Shown piece after piece: positions 36,285 to 48,895 of a DNA stretch of 64,000 bases. The notes under the pieces are model-generated. The model worked only from the letters and a program-made list of their open reading frames with translations. It ran no database searches and was not told where the DNA came from. The stretch's first letter is position 1; each line of letters begins with the position of its first letter. Position numbers and translations under genes: made by a program. The DNA comes from Podarcis filfolensis (lineage: Eukaryota): NCBI GenBank assembly GCA_964270895.1, contig OZ185448.1; one strand, 5' to 3'.

Positions 36285-37885
36285 AACATATGCCACGTTC
36301 TACACTTAGATGGGAAAAACCATCTGCACAGATACAAGCTAGGGGACCAGGGCGTAGCGCTGTTTGCCGGTGCCCAGGATGGGTGCACACGTGTATGCCA
36401 CAGGCGGGTGTGGAGCAAGCTTGTCCAGCCCCTTGGCTCCGCCGTTGCCGGGCAGGCGCTCATGTATCAGGCAGAAACAGGGCACAGAGGGTGCTCTGCA
36501 CTCTCTGCTCCCTAGCCACCCTCGGGTGGGTGCTTGCATGCTGGGCAGAGGTGGGCATGGAGGGCATGCAACAGGGATCTTGGGGGGGGGCGCCTGGTTC
36601 GCCCTCCCAATTGTGCAACTGGGGCAAAGCCTGCTCCCCAAAAGCTATGCTGCTGTAGAGGACAACTGGCTCGCCACTAATACATGTGAAAAGGATCCAG
36701 GGGTCTTAGTAGACCACAAACTTAACATGAGTCAACAGCGTGATGCAGCAGCAAGAAACGCGAATGCTATTCTATGCTACATCAACAAGTATAGTGTCCA
36801 GATCCAAGGAAGTAATAGTATTGCTCTATTCTGTCTCGCTCAGACCACACGTGGAGTACTGAGTTCAGTTCTGGGTGCCACAATCTGTGGAGCATATTGA
36901 CAAGCTGGAATGTGTGCAGAGGATGGCAACTAAGATGATCAAAGCTCTGGAACTGGCCGTTACCCAGCCTCCGGATGGGCAGCAGTTGTAGCCTGTCATG
37001 GCAGGCCCTCAGCTCCACAGAGCAAAAGGCCTCCCCATTGTGTAGCTGACAGTTGGGGAATTACCTCGAACGCTGCAAAGAATGGCAGGATAGTCTGCCA
37101 TGCCCAAGATAGCAAATTGACCAATCAGATGACCAGAGGGCCCCACTCCAAAGGCCAGCTGCACCCAGGTTAGGGACCACTGTTGGCTGAACAACCCGCC
37201 CTCCTGCCCTTTACGCTGTGATTATTTAGTATGCTAACCTTTTTCTTCCTTGCACTCAGTAATTGACCTTCCTATGGTTCATTAATGATTGCCGTATTCA
37301 CAACCGGGAAGGAATTGGCCCCGTTTGGAGGTTTTGCCTCCCTCATAGCAAATAGTCACAACTTTTGGCAGATAAGGCAATGGGTGGATTACATAAGGCA
37401 TTATGTAAATTACATAATATTGCCACAGAAAACAGAGAAACAAATAATGTAGTGTTTGGCAGAAGATGAACTGCAATGTAAGGGAAATAGTGCTGCAGGC
37501 AGCAAATACAGGGAAGAATGCAAAATGATGCCTTCTTACATTCATAACTCTTGAATGGATTTGAAACATCCGGTCCTCGCTATTTTAGATATTTGTATCT
37601 CTCTATTTGTAGCTGTTGCTTATTGTTTTGCTATAGTCTACACATCATATCTTTCTATTTTTGTTGTAACCTGTAAGCCACCTTGTTTTGATAAATAAAT
37701 CTCTCCCTTTCTCCCTCATTTAACAATATTACACATCAGAAGGTGGTGCTCTCCTTCACATGGAGTTTTTGGAACAGAAGTTGGATGGACACCTGTCAGG
37801 AATTATTTAGCTGTGGTTCTTGCAATGCAGGGGTTGAACTAGATGACCCTTGGGGTCTCGTCTTACTCTCTAATTCTAAGATTCT
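36285..37885 (+). mobile_element. Old CR1 3' region split into three parts (36285-36347, 36656-36955, 37742-37885) by later insertions
   Basis: HRYKLGD|[25 protein letters not shown] reads through once the hAT MITE is removed; decayed 3'UTR/tail at 37742-37885. Confidence 0.8.
36348..36655. mobile_element. hAT MITE nested in the old CR1
   Basis: Ends cagggcgtagc / gctatgctgctg; 8-bp TSD taggggac / tagaggac. Confidence 0.8.
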
Positions 37886-39467
37886 AGTTCTCTGTATAGC
37901 TGTTATAGAGAACAAACAGTCAAGAAGCAAAACAAGAACTCACCATCAAAAACAGAATGGCAAGAGGAAATTCTCAACCCTACCTAGATAGATACAGCTA
38001 AGTCCACTAAACTATTCATATAGCTCACCCTTCTTTTTTGTTTAAATAAGCCACCAGTAAATAAATTGGCACTATTGAGACCTTTGGTAGTTCAGATAAT
38101 CAACCACTCTTCTCTAAATCCCAAAGGCCTTCAAATAACTTGACTGGAGCAAATGGCAATTTTGAGGAGTATCATTGGTGTCAGGCTTACAAGACTGTTC
38201 AGAAGAAGATGAAGTTGGCATTTCAGATACAGCTTGTGAATTTTGTGATTGTACATTCTCAGTGATAAATGGAAAGTAGATGTTCAGACTCAACAGAATA
38301 TGACCAGGATGTTTCATTTCTCTTCCTTGTCTTTCACAGGTGCTGGAGTTTGCCATGAGGTTTTCCCCTCTCCATCATTTCCAATATAAACTCTGTCCCC
38401 TGACTCTAAGTGGGATAGTTCTATCACAGAATTGCACCAGTTATTGAAGTGTTCATAACTTCTATTAGTTTAGTCATTTGTAGAGGCCACCTTTCCCAGG
38501 TCAGCTCACTTTGGAATGAAACTCTCCTCTGCTGTTCAAATGGGGATTCTGATTTGTCTTTGCAGTAGCAGTTCTGCTGGTCTATCAGTAATGTTTATCT
38601 GTAGCTTAAAAGAGCAATATGTGAGCCATTCCGTCTTCAGATATTATTTTTGGAAGACTAAAATTTGCTGGATATTAGTGTGGGGTTGCAATAATATGGT
38701 AAAAGTTGAAAGAAGTCTGGAATGACTGGAATGCTATAAACTGGGATGCACTGTCGGCAGCAAGTTCACCTGGAATGCCAAAACTAAGAAAGCTTTGTCC
38801 CCCATTGTGCAACAACACTGTAGCAGGTAATGTTGGGTAAGGGAAGTATATCAATATGGCATGAACAGTAACCCACAACAGTTGACACAGGCCAGATGCT
38901 AGTTCCTGCCCCCGCTCCATAAGGCTTCAGTGATTAAAGGATCCTTCTGTTGTGCTAATAATCTCTTCTACAGTTGTCAATGGCTAATATTTTGTTCTTT
39001 GTGCCATTTCTGATTCCAGAGTACCATATTATCTGCTTGACTCTCTAATGGCCTTTGATTATTTCCTCCTAGACTATGAACCAGCAATATAACCTTTCGT
39101 CGTTGACTCTTCCAATTCATTCATCTGTCCATGGTCAACAAAGTGCTTTCTAGTTATCTCTGATCCATTGATGAGATTTAGGCCATCCATATCAGATGCA
39201 GAGAAAGACTTTTGGAATCTCTGGACCTCCACAAATAGATTTGATGAAATTGGTTTTTTTATGTTTTTAGAGAAGTGTGCACAGAACAAATATTTCCTGT
39301 CCTAGCTTGGCTTGAGAAACTTAGGGGAGACTGGGTTGAGAGAGTTGCACTTACTGGTGAAACCTCATCATGTCCAGAGCAGAGTCAAGTCCAATAGACA
39401 CACTGAGGTAGGATATTCCATTTCACAACCAGCAAGGCACAGTGTGGCAGGGCTCTGAACTATATCG

Positions 39468-39585
39468 GGGTCTGGCATGTCTTGCTTCTCAGAAACCCAT
39501 GCTGGGTTTTAGTAATCACAGTATCCTTTTTGAAGTGCTTACAGACAGACCATATGATTATTTGTTCTAGAACCTGTCCTTGGTA
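39468..39585 (-). mobile_element. Old CR1 RT fragment nested in the Gypsy RNase H region
   Basis: GQVLEQIIIWSVCKHFKKDTVITKTQHGFLRSKTCQT aligns to the CR1 ORF at ~10060-10165. Confidence 0.8.
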
Positions 39586-40387
39586 AGAGTCCTGTAGCAA
39601 GTGGGTTCCACTTGACAGTTATAGAAGTGCTCCACCTAGTCCCAATCCATAGTTGCTTTCATCAGCACTTAACCATTGTTGGCATCACAAAATTGTAGGA
39701 CCGAATATCCCTTTTCCTCTGAAAAGGAAGCTTCCTGATTTGCATGTGCGCACGCACACACAATGCCAGAACATGGTAGATTTCAATGAGAAATGCAGTG
39801 GTTGTGCTCTGTTGAGATGATTTGCAAATATTGATCTTGATCATTCACCATTCCCCCCAAAAGTGTCTCAGCTCTGTAATACTACAGGTATTTCCAGCTC
39901 TTTGGTGGTATTTACTTTTTCTTGGCATGACTTTTTATGCTGCACAATAACTATTCTGCCTTGGTAAAAAAAATACATTTCCTGTAGTTTGTTGAGTCTG
40001 AATTCATGGATCCAATTGAAGACGTATGACCATCCATTTATGATGGCCTTCCTTTGTTGTACCACCATGTATTAAGGTGTCTTGCACGAAGTTAATGGCT
40101 CTTTTTATGTCTCTAAGGAATGCTGTCAAATTCAGTTGAAAAATCTCAGACGCACTTGCGATCTTGAATGACAACCACCGGAAACGGAATCTTTGAAAGT
40201 ATGTGATGAATGAAATGTAGACAATTTAGCACTCAGGTTTCTCAAAGGCATTTGCCAACAATCATTTGATACATACAATCTGGAAAGTATTTTGGCTCCT
40301 ATTACTTTGAGGAAAAGGTCCTCTTCCATGGGAAGTAAGTATTTTTCATCATTCACTAAGCTTTCATTTAAAAAGGTGAGGGCAGCC

Positions 40388-40483
40388 CCGCCAGATGTTG
40401 TTGGACTGCAACTCCCATCATCCAAGATTATTGGCCATGCTGGCTGGGGCTGATGGGAGTTGCAGCCCAACAACATCTGGCGG
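40388..40483. mobile_element. Hairpin MITE (33-bp arms) nested in the Gypsy; related pieces 31985-32100 and 60945-61030
   Basis: ccgccagatgttgttggactgcaactcccatca / tgatgggagttgcagcccaacaacatctggcgg, 1 mismatch. Confidence 0.8.
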
Positions 40484-41548
40484 GTCACAGATTCCCCACC
40501 CCCGAGTGGGGAACCATGCTTGGTGTTTGTACACTGCATTATTTGGCATTAGATATTAACCATGTTCACATAGTTACCTTTTAATAGACAAATGGGTGGT
40601 ATCCAACTAAGTTCTACTCAGAGTAAATTCACTGAAATTAATGGGCCTAAATTAGTCATGCTAAATTAACTACAATGGGTCTATTCTGAGCAGAATTTAG
40701 TTGGCTATAACCCACAAGTCTCCAAACTCTCCTATGCTACATCTTGTTTTGTTTTCAGTAGTTCAGTTCATAGCTGTGCTATGAATTAAGAGACTGTCCA
40801 GCTTATAAATTCTTAGTCTATACCCAGTGAACACAAAATGTATTCAAGACAGTGAGGATCCTGGGGTGCATAAGGTGATCTTCTGCAGGTCAGAGGAGTT
40901 CTGGAATCATGGCTAGGTCACTTCTGAAATGACTATGACAGCAGCTCCTGGATGTCGTTTGAAATCAATGATCTCCCCCTTCCCCTTTGTGTGTCTTGTT
41001 CTAGGTCTGCAGGACAGAACTGTCTTTCTTCTTTGAACAGTGCCCATGAAAACATAAAACGTAAATTTAGGGCCGAGTCCTCAAAAGGTGGCTCCCAACA
41101 CATAAAAATATAATGTATAAATTGTAAATAGAAAATCTACAAAATCACAAGAAATCAGCACTGGCTGCATTAAGAACAGATTTCAGCACATGCTTAATCA
41201 TCCCAATTAAATCAGTGGGGGTAGTTTAACTATGAGCTGGCTCATTGTACATCCTGCCGCCATGGTTTTGTGTAACTGTGGCAACTTCTCCCCCTACCCT
41301 GTGAGCACATCGACAACATGACTAGCACCAGTTATCACATGTGTCACCTCTCCTGAAAGCCAAAGATGATTGTATGGGTCCACCTGAAGTGAAAACCAGC
41401 TTACAAGCAGTGATAGGCAAATCTATCATTTTCAGGTTCTCACGGACTTTCTTTCTTCCAAACTTAAATTCAGTTCACCACATTTCTGCATACATTTGAT
41501 TTTTTAAAAGAAGTCAGCATGAAAATCCACATGCATTTCTCACTGGGA

Positions 41549-41735
41549 GAGCCAGTGGTGGTGCAGACCAGACTAGTACCTGGGAGACCAGGAGTCAAAT
41601 CCTTACTTGGCCATGTGAAACTCACTGGGCCACCTTGGACCAGTCACTGCATCTCAGCCTAACCAACTTCACAGGGCCGGGGAAAACCACATATGCCACT
41701 GCAAGCTCCTTGGAAAAAAATATGGGATGTAAAGA
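41549..41735 (+). mobile_element. Old MIR/Squam3-like CORE SINE; others ~49365-49510 (-), 56800-57010 (-), 57150-57240 (+)
   Basis: agagccagtggtggtg..ggagaccaggagtcaaatcc..cagtcact..ctcagcctaacc core motifs. Confidence 0.65.
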
Positions 41736-41760
41736 TGTACATTTTTTGTATACAAAAATG

Positions 41761-41905
41761 CCGTGCTTTTTTTCTTTAAAAATGTTTAGGGGTACTCTCA
41801 TTTTCCTACTCATATTGAAATACTGCCCCTCAATGAAGCCAAACTTAGATTCACAAAATGTTTAGGGTATGCATACCCCTGTGTACCCCCCAGAAAAAAG
41901 GACTG
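41761..41905. mobile_element. hAT-like MITE
   Basis: Ends ccgtgcttttttt / agaaaaaaggactg; imperfect 8-bp TSD caaaaatg / cacaaatc. Confidence 0.6.
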
Positions 41906-42872
41906 CACAAATCTAAACCTAGTATGTGCACTTTGTTCTACAAGCAGTCTTCCCTAACAGAATCCATTTTTTGTACACAGTTTCCACCAATATGCACATT
42001 TTTGTACACATTCTTTGGTTGAAGAACGGCATTCAGAGAAAGCCAGGTTCCAAAAGATAGCTGTGTTTTGTGGATTTCTTAAGGAAATGCAAATCTGTTA
42101 AGTTCTCATTAAAATGAAACGAATTTCCCCTCCCACCTTTACCTATAAGCTGCATTGTGCTCAAAGTTCCTGTGTAAATTAGTAGCGGCTAAGAAAGAAA
42201 TTTTAATAAATCACTGTGATAAATGCACAGTGTAGGAAAACGAAAATGCGCGCGCACACACAGGCAGAATATTTTTTGATTTAATAAACTGATTTATTAC
42301 TTTAGATTTAGAGGCCTATCAACTAGATGAATAACTGGGTGCAGTTCTCTCCCCCCCCCAATATGGAAGAGCAGGATTTAAGGTAGTCAGAGCCTCTTTC
42401 ACAATCTACTTAAGAAGACGTCACATTCGAAACCTTTCCCTGTCAGTGGTATCACAGGCTCCTGGGGACTCTTGTGAAGCGACTGCCTCCCCACCTTTCA
42501 CAACTATCTCATCTTTGCCTTGTTGCTTTCAGCCTAAAATCCCAGAGCAACATGGTTTATTGTTTTAATATCTCTCTGGCACAAGGTAGAAGTATCCCAC
42601 AGTGGCTACTTATCTGTCATATGTATTTTTGTGAAAGAAATATCAAGACAAGCCTGCTGTTTGGAGGAATACCAGAAGACTGTCGGGCGGTAGCTGGGTT
42701 ACATTTTCCAAAAGGAACAGAACAGTGCAAGTCAAGGGAGAGGTGGGGGAGAGAGAAAAGGCAGCTTCTGAAGAAATACCATCTGTATATGCTACTGAGG
42801 GATGTCTGGCAACCCCTAAGCGCTTTTACTGGCTTTATGAAACAGCTTTTCTATTCTGCTTGTATCCCTCTA

Positions 42873-43124
42873 CAGTGGTACCTCTGGATGCGAACGGGAT
42901 CCATTCCGGAGCCCCGTTGGCATCCAGAAGCGAATGCAACCCGCGTCTGCACGTGCACGGGTCGCAATTCGCCGCTTCTGCACATCCGCGTGACGTCATT
43001 TTGACCGTCTGCACATGAGTGAGCGGCGAAACCCGGAAGTAACACGCTCCGTTACTTCTGGGTCGCTGCAGCATGCAACCCAAAAATACTTATCCCGAAG
43101 CTACTTCAACCCAAGGTATTACTG
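42873..43124. mobile_element. Tc1/mariner MITE
   Basis: TA|cagtggtacctc ... aaggtattactg|TA; same subfamily as 26048-26295. Confidence 0.88.
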
Positions 43125-43131
43125 TAATGTA

Positions 43132-43374
43132 CAGTCGTACCTTGGATCTCGAACGGCTTAGTTGCCAAACGCTTCGGTTCCCAAACGATCAAAAACTGGA
43201 AGTGAGTTTCTGAATGCTTTTTTTGGAAGCCGAACGTCTGGTGGGGCTTCCGTGGCTTCCGATTGGCTGCAGGAGCTTCCTGCAGCCAATCAGAAGCCCG
43301 CTTTGGTTTCCGAATGTTTTGGAAGTCGAATGGACTTCCGGAACAGATTCTGTTCAGCTTCCAAGGTATGACTG
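43132..43374. mobile_element. Second Tc1/mariner MITE 7 bp downstream; same family as 61933-62130
   Basis: TA|cagtcgtaccttgga ... ccaaggtatgactg|TA. Confidence 0.88.
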
Positions 43375-43702
43375 TAGTGATGGGGAACATCAGACCAGGG
43401 GCCAATGCAGTCCTCAGATCTCACTATCTGGCCCTTGGAGTTTTCTACAGCTTTCCGTTTGTTCTGCTTTAGAGCTAAAGAGCAGGTTTTCTAGGGGGAA
43501 GGTGGTGGGAGGCAAAACTGCTTGAACCTGTGCCTAGAAAGCACGAGACAAGTGGAAAACCACTCAGACCCATGCTTTCTAGGCAGAAGTGTGGATGAGC
43601 CCATAGTTTAACGTGCCTTGCAACCTATAGAGATTTTTAACCTGGCAAGGTTCTCAAAATTTACATCCAGTTTCACTTAGGATGTAATTTGGAAATAACT
43701 TC

Positions 43703-43925
43703 AAGGTAAGGTAAAGGACCCCCGGATGGCTAGGTCCAGTCAAAGGTGACTATGGGGTGTGGCGCTCACCTTGCTTTTCAGGCAGAGGGAGCCAACGTTT
43801 GTCCACAGACACCTTTCTGGGTCATGTGGCCAGCATGACTAAATCTGGTGCATGGAGGACCATGACGGAAGCCAGAGCGCATGGAAACATAGTTTACCTT
43901 CCTGCAGTAGCGGTATCTGTTTATC
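43703..43925 (-). mobile_element. Older 5'-truncated Sauria SINE
   Basis: aaggtaaggtaaaggacccc..gggtcatgtggccagcatgactaa..gtttaccttcc. Confidence 0.85.
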
Positions 43926-44199
43926 AACATAAACATCAGTCTGTCTTTTCACCCCAGAGTCCTAGGTGTGCTTCACTGTACAGGCTTCCCAATCAGTCAG
44001 TTGGTCAGTCAGTCAGTCAGTCAGTCAATCAATCAATCAATCAATCAATCAACTGAACACTCAGAAGGAACAGATTAATGCACACACTCCTAACTCTCTC
44101 CTTTGAAAAGAACAGGTGAGCTCGGCCTGTGAAACACATGCGGGTTTCTGGATAGGGCCATCTTCTGTACCTGAACTAAAATTACTGGATCAGGGCCCA

Positions 44200-44540
44200 T
44201 GAACTTTAAGAGTGAGAAAGACATTAGAGCTTTAATTATCAGATGTCTCACTCTGTTTATTTTAATGCCAAACAGCAAACAGCGCCAACGTCCGACAACG
44301 GGACACATCAAATGAGTTTGTGTGGACTGAATGGAAGGGCTGGCATTGGCAGTAGAGCAGAGTGAATATTGCTAATTAAAACAGCTGAAATGGAATAGCA
44401 TTTTTGGACACAATGGGCTGTAAACTGACTTTCTATTAATTGAGCTCAGTGTAATGACATATTGGAATGAATAGCTAGTGATCTGGAAATTCATTTAGAC
44501 CATTAGTTTAATTACAGAAACTGATGGAAGTTTTCTCAGA
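44200..44540. promoter_or_regulatory. Candidate conserved non-coding element
   Basis: Repeat-free block with TAATTA at 44233, 44373, 44509 and TTAATTG near 44436. Confidence 0.35.
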
Positions 44541-46470
44541 CAATTATGGAAAGAACTGGAGCACCGTGAGATAGGGTTTAGAAGATTTTGCATCTTCTCC
44601 ATCTACCCTTCTCCACTTTTTAAAATATTGAATTGTGCTGTAGGAAACAACAGTAATAGACCTGAGTAACATATTCTTGTGTGGAAGCCTTTACTGTATC
44701 AACTAGGGGACAGATGTATGACCCTCTGTCCATTTCAGTTTTTATTAGTTTCTCAATTTTCCAACCTTAAATTTAGTGAAGGCTGGTCTATTACGGCAAA
44801 TGCGGTATTGCCCCACCAATCAAAGTCTGTTCTTAGCCAGCCCCAGCTGGCTGCCTTCTTCCTTATGACCAGTGCAGGGGGGCGTGACACTGTCTGTCAG
44901 ATTACTCTTCTTCAGTCTCAGTGTTGCCCTTTGTATAACTTAGAAAGGAAGAAGATGGCCCTGTTTGTCACTGGTTCTGGCGCCCCCTACTTTTGGGCTC
45001 CCTGCTCTCCACCCCACTAGTTCTCTTGTTCACAAGCCACCACTGCTCAAATCCAATATGCTGCATTTCTTCATCAGTTTGTGAATTTTGTGTACAAAAT
45101 AAGTCCTCCTGAAAATCCAATAGAATTTTAGAGAGCATTTCCCCTAATACACACATTTCGCAAGGACATTTTCCTACAATAAAGCAATTTTTTTTATTAA
45201 TATATGCATTTTTATGGGCACCTTCCCCTAACAAACATTTCTGCACACTCAATTTCTTTGGAGAGCTGAAATTCAGAGAAAAGCAGATTCTTTACAGCCA
45301 CCCAGCAATGTTAGATAGCAGTCCAGATTATTAGCTTGGCTGCCGCGGCTAATACTTATGGTTTGTGTGTTTTTTAAATGTCTTGAAGGGCAGCCACAAT
45401 AGTTCATGACTGTCCTGATCCTTGATGGGGGGCAGTGCAGCCCTACTCAGAACCAGCAACACACCATTCCCAGAGTCAGACAAGCTGCATACCAAAAGCA
45501 CCTCTTTCTTGTCAAGAATTATTGATACAGTCCATTACCAATCTCAGACACTAGTTAAGCATCATCATCTGAATTAGATGAAAGGGGGGGTGTATCATCA
45601 TTGTACTGATCACATTGCGCCAAAATCCCAGATCTGGCAATTGCCACAAAGCATCTTGTTCCTAGTGGGATGCAGCAGGCTGCGCTTTCTGGAGTGGCCT
45701 GGGAATGACGCTACATTACATCATTCCAGAAACATGGCAGGCATTGGAGAGAGCCATATATTGCAGTGTGAAATGCAAGACCCTTGCTTGAAAGTTTTTT
45801 TCCACCCCCACAAAAGAGAAATGGGGTGATAGCATCCTCAAAAAATTAAAGGAAGTGGTAGCCCCCAACCACCCCCCTACTCTGAAGTTATTGGAGAAAT
45901 TATTGTCCCCCTCTCGTGATCTTGGAGCGGACTTTGTTTTGATTAGAGCAATGTACATTAAATTAAGTCAAATTATTTGATTAATCAATTGTTAATTGTT
46001 TGAGTAGTTTTGTTAGTTTAAATGTGGAATTATGATTATTAGTACAACAGTAGCAGTAGTAATAGTATTTTGTGTAACTGGTGTAATTAGAAGCCTATTA
46101 TGGCTTTAAGCAGTATATACTACTACTACTAATATGGTTTTGAATGTGGACTTTGCATTCTGTTTCTTACATTGCTTCCTTTTTGTTGGCACTTGTAAAC
46201 TGCTTAGAGATTCCTGCTGAAATATGAAGCAGTACATAAATCAACTAGCCAATTAAATAAAAGTAAAACCACTTTCGGATGGTTGAAAACAGCAGCAACA
46301 ACAACAAAAGTTAATTTCTTAAGCTTATGCCATGACAAACAGATCAGCAGCCAAACATTTGCATCACTTCTCTCTGTATATCACATTTCAACTTTGCGAG
46401 ATATTAAGGGGCTGAAATTGACATTTCACAGGCAAAGCAAAAAAGAAAAGAGCTGCAATGACTGGCTTAC

Positions 46471-46551
46471 TTGTGGACGTGTATACTAGTGAACTGGGGG
46501 CACTGTACATGGGAGATCCCTCTTGGTTTGCCTGGCACAGCAGCACCCTGC
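46471..46551 (-). CDS. RBFOX1: RBFOX1 coding exon, 81 nt ([27 protein letters not shown]), frame-neutral cassette
   Basis: Long polypyrimidine tract + tttcatag| acceptor, |gtaagc donor; resembles human [27 protein letters not shown], a segment not recalled from RBFOX2/3. Confidence 0.95.
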
Positions 46552-46566
46552 CTATGAAAGAGAGAG

Positions 46567-46597
<31 letters not shown>

Positions 46598-47090
46598 GGA
46601 AGAAAAGAGAGCACGGTCTGAGTTTGGGAACACTCAAGCTAAATTAGTTAAGTTGAAAGAAAAACACCCCAACATGATGAGGCTATGAAAAGTGCATTGC
46701 CTTTGGCTGAAAAGAACCACCACCACCACCAAAAACTTTCCAGGTACACTAAAGCTTCAATCCTACCCCCCCCACACACACTTACCTGGGAGTAAGCCAA
46801 ACTGAAGTGAATGGGACTTACTTCTGAGTAGACATGTGACCATATCCAGCATTCTCTGTCTGCTGGCACACGAGCCCTTGCGCTAACGGATGACAACGTT
46901 TAAAGGTTGCACAACAAATGCTAGCGGAGGCTTGATGCACAACAGCTGGTTCTTGTTGTGTATCCCACTGCACAACAACCTTTTGTAAATGCACTTGTGG
47001 TTTCTGTTGCAAAATAGCTGTTTCTGGTTTAATCCACCATTTCCCTTGTGCAACTGTGTCCCACCAGTGCAACAAGTAAACTACTAAATG

Positions 47091-47259
47091 CAGTGGCATA
47101 GCATGGGGGGTGCAGGGGGGGCCGGCCGCACCGGGCGCAACATCTGGGGGGGGGGGCGTGCTCGCACTCGCAGCTCTCTGGCCCTACTAAAATCCACGGG
47201 TTAGGGGGCGCAAATTACTTGCCTTGCCCCGGGTGCTGACAACCCACGCTACGCCACTG
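47091..47259. mobile_element. hAT MITE with perfect 8-bp TSD
   Basis: TIR cagtggcatagc / gctacgccactg; TSD actaaatg at 47083-90 and 47260-67. Confidence 0.93.
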
Positions 47260-48851
47260 ACTAAATGGCTTTCACTTAGCACTGACTGGGGCTGCAGCCT
47301 GCATTACATACTGACAATTTGACACTCCAACCATCCCAATGTAAAATATATATTAATTTCATGTTGGGAGGCCAGGACAGGTGCACCCCCCAGAGTAGTA
47401 AAAGTGGCCACTTGCTCTCTCTCTCTTTCTCAAACTCTTTCCACATCTAGGCTGATGTTGAACCTGTCCTATCAATTCTCCCCCCCCCCCCAAAAAAAAA
47501 GGTTGCAGTGGTCCAGACTAATGTTCATTCCATCCAATGACCAAGTATGGTGGGTTATTTTTCAGAGTGGAAAGTATTTTGAAAGGAAGGGGTTGTTTGC
47601 TTCAGTGAGCTCTCATTTAGAAAGGATGAGCAATACATTTTGTGGACTTTAACATGTAGTTCAGTTGCCTCCAGTGTTAAGATAACTGAACACAAAGGAC
47701 TTGTATACCTTTAAGTATTAGACAAATGGGGGGATTTTAGACCCTTTTCTTATCACTGCATAAAATGTTCACTCTACCCAAGATACCATCTTCCTTTTCA
47801 CCCGGTTTGCTCTGTGTTATTAATCCTATCATTGTCTACACCTTACAGGATAGCTAAAAATGTATTTGCACCCATACACCCATCATGCTGCTACACTCAC
47901 CCCCAATTTATTCAATTATACTCATATTTTTACACAGCTCTTAAGGTTAACCCTTTCCCCGCACCTCCTTTGACTACACAAGAACGATATAAGAGTTTGG
48001 ATGCTGGTTCAGGCCAAAGGCCTATGTGGTCCAGCATCTTCTTCCACAGTGGCATCAATGGGAAGGCTGCAAGCAGAATCTGAGCACAATAACACCCTCC
48101 TTACTTGTGATTCCCAACAATTGCCACTCAGAGGCATACTGCCTCCAATAGTGAAGGTGGAACACAGCCATTGTGGCTAATAGATAAAAAAAACTGTGGG
48201 ATGTATCCAATGTTACTCATACTCAGAGTATGCCCGTTACGATTAATAGACATTAAAGGGGGAAATAGAGCTGTGTTAAAATCATGTCCTCCAGTTTCTC
48301 AAAGGGTTTCTTCCTCTACAAATGAGCCTTCTTATTTTCTGCCTCATTCTCAAGGCACTTGGAAATTTCTTTAGAATTTCAAGGAGTGCAGATTTTGAGC
48401 ATACTTTATCATTACGAGATGGACAAGGACAGTATGTGTGCTTTTCTTTCCATCAAATATTTCTCTGGCACTCTGCAGCCTCCTTGACTGCCCACACTTC
48501 CTGATCTGAAAAAAGTCCCATGAGAGGAGTCATCTCATGATTTCTTCTCCTGGATTTTAACTGAAATGTGGGCACTAAGGAGCGCTGCAGAGTGCAGACT
48601 GATTTGTTAGAATGTAAGAAAGAAGACTCACAAACACCTCATGGCCATATTGAAAGTAAGATAAAAACAGAAAAACCCTTACATCCAACCCATGCAAATT
48701 TCACCGCTTTGCCCTCTCCCCTTAGATAATTTTCATATGTGCTTTCTTCTCTTATTAATTTTAGTGTTTTGTTGGAAGCTACCCAGAGTGGCTGAGAAAA
48801 CCCAGGCAGATGGGCGGGGTATAAATAAATTATTTATTATTATTAATATTA

Positions 48852-48895
<44 letters not shown>

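Larger units (their letters stand above)
38230..41300 (-). mobile_element. Heavily decayed Ty3/Gypsy internal region (gag knuckle, protease, RT, RNase H, integrase)
   Basis: EIIDFKRHPGAAVIVISE (PR, ~40915-40975); GAKILSRLYVSNDCWQMPL and RFRWLSFKIASASEIFQ..NFVQDTLIHG (RT, ~40050-40300); SADESNYGLG (RNH); FGIPGELAADSASQF..FYHIIATPH and PAELLLQRQIR (IN, ~38500-38920); order PR-RT-RH-IN. Confidence 0.85.
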
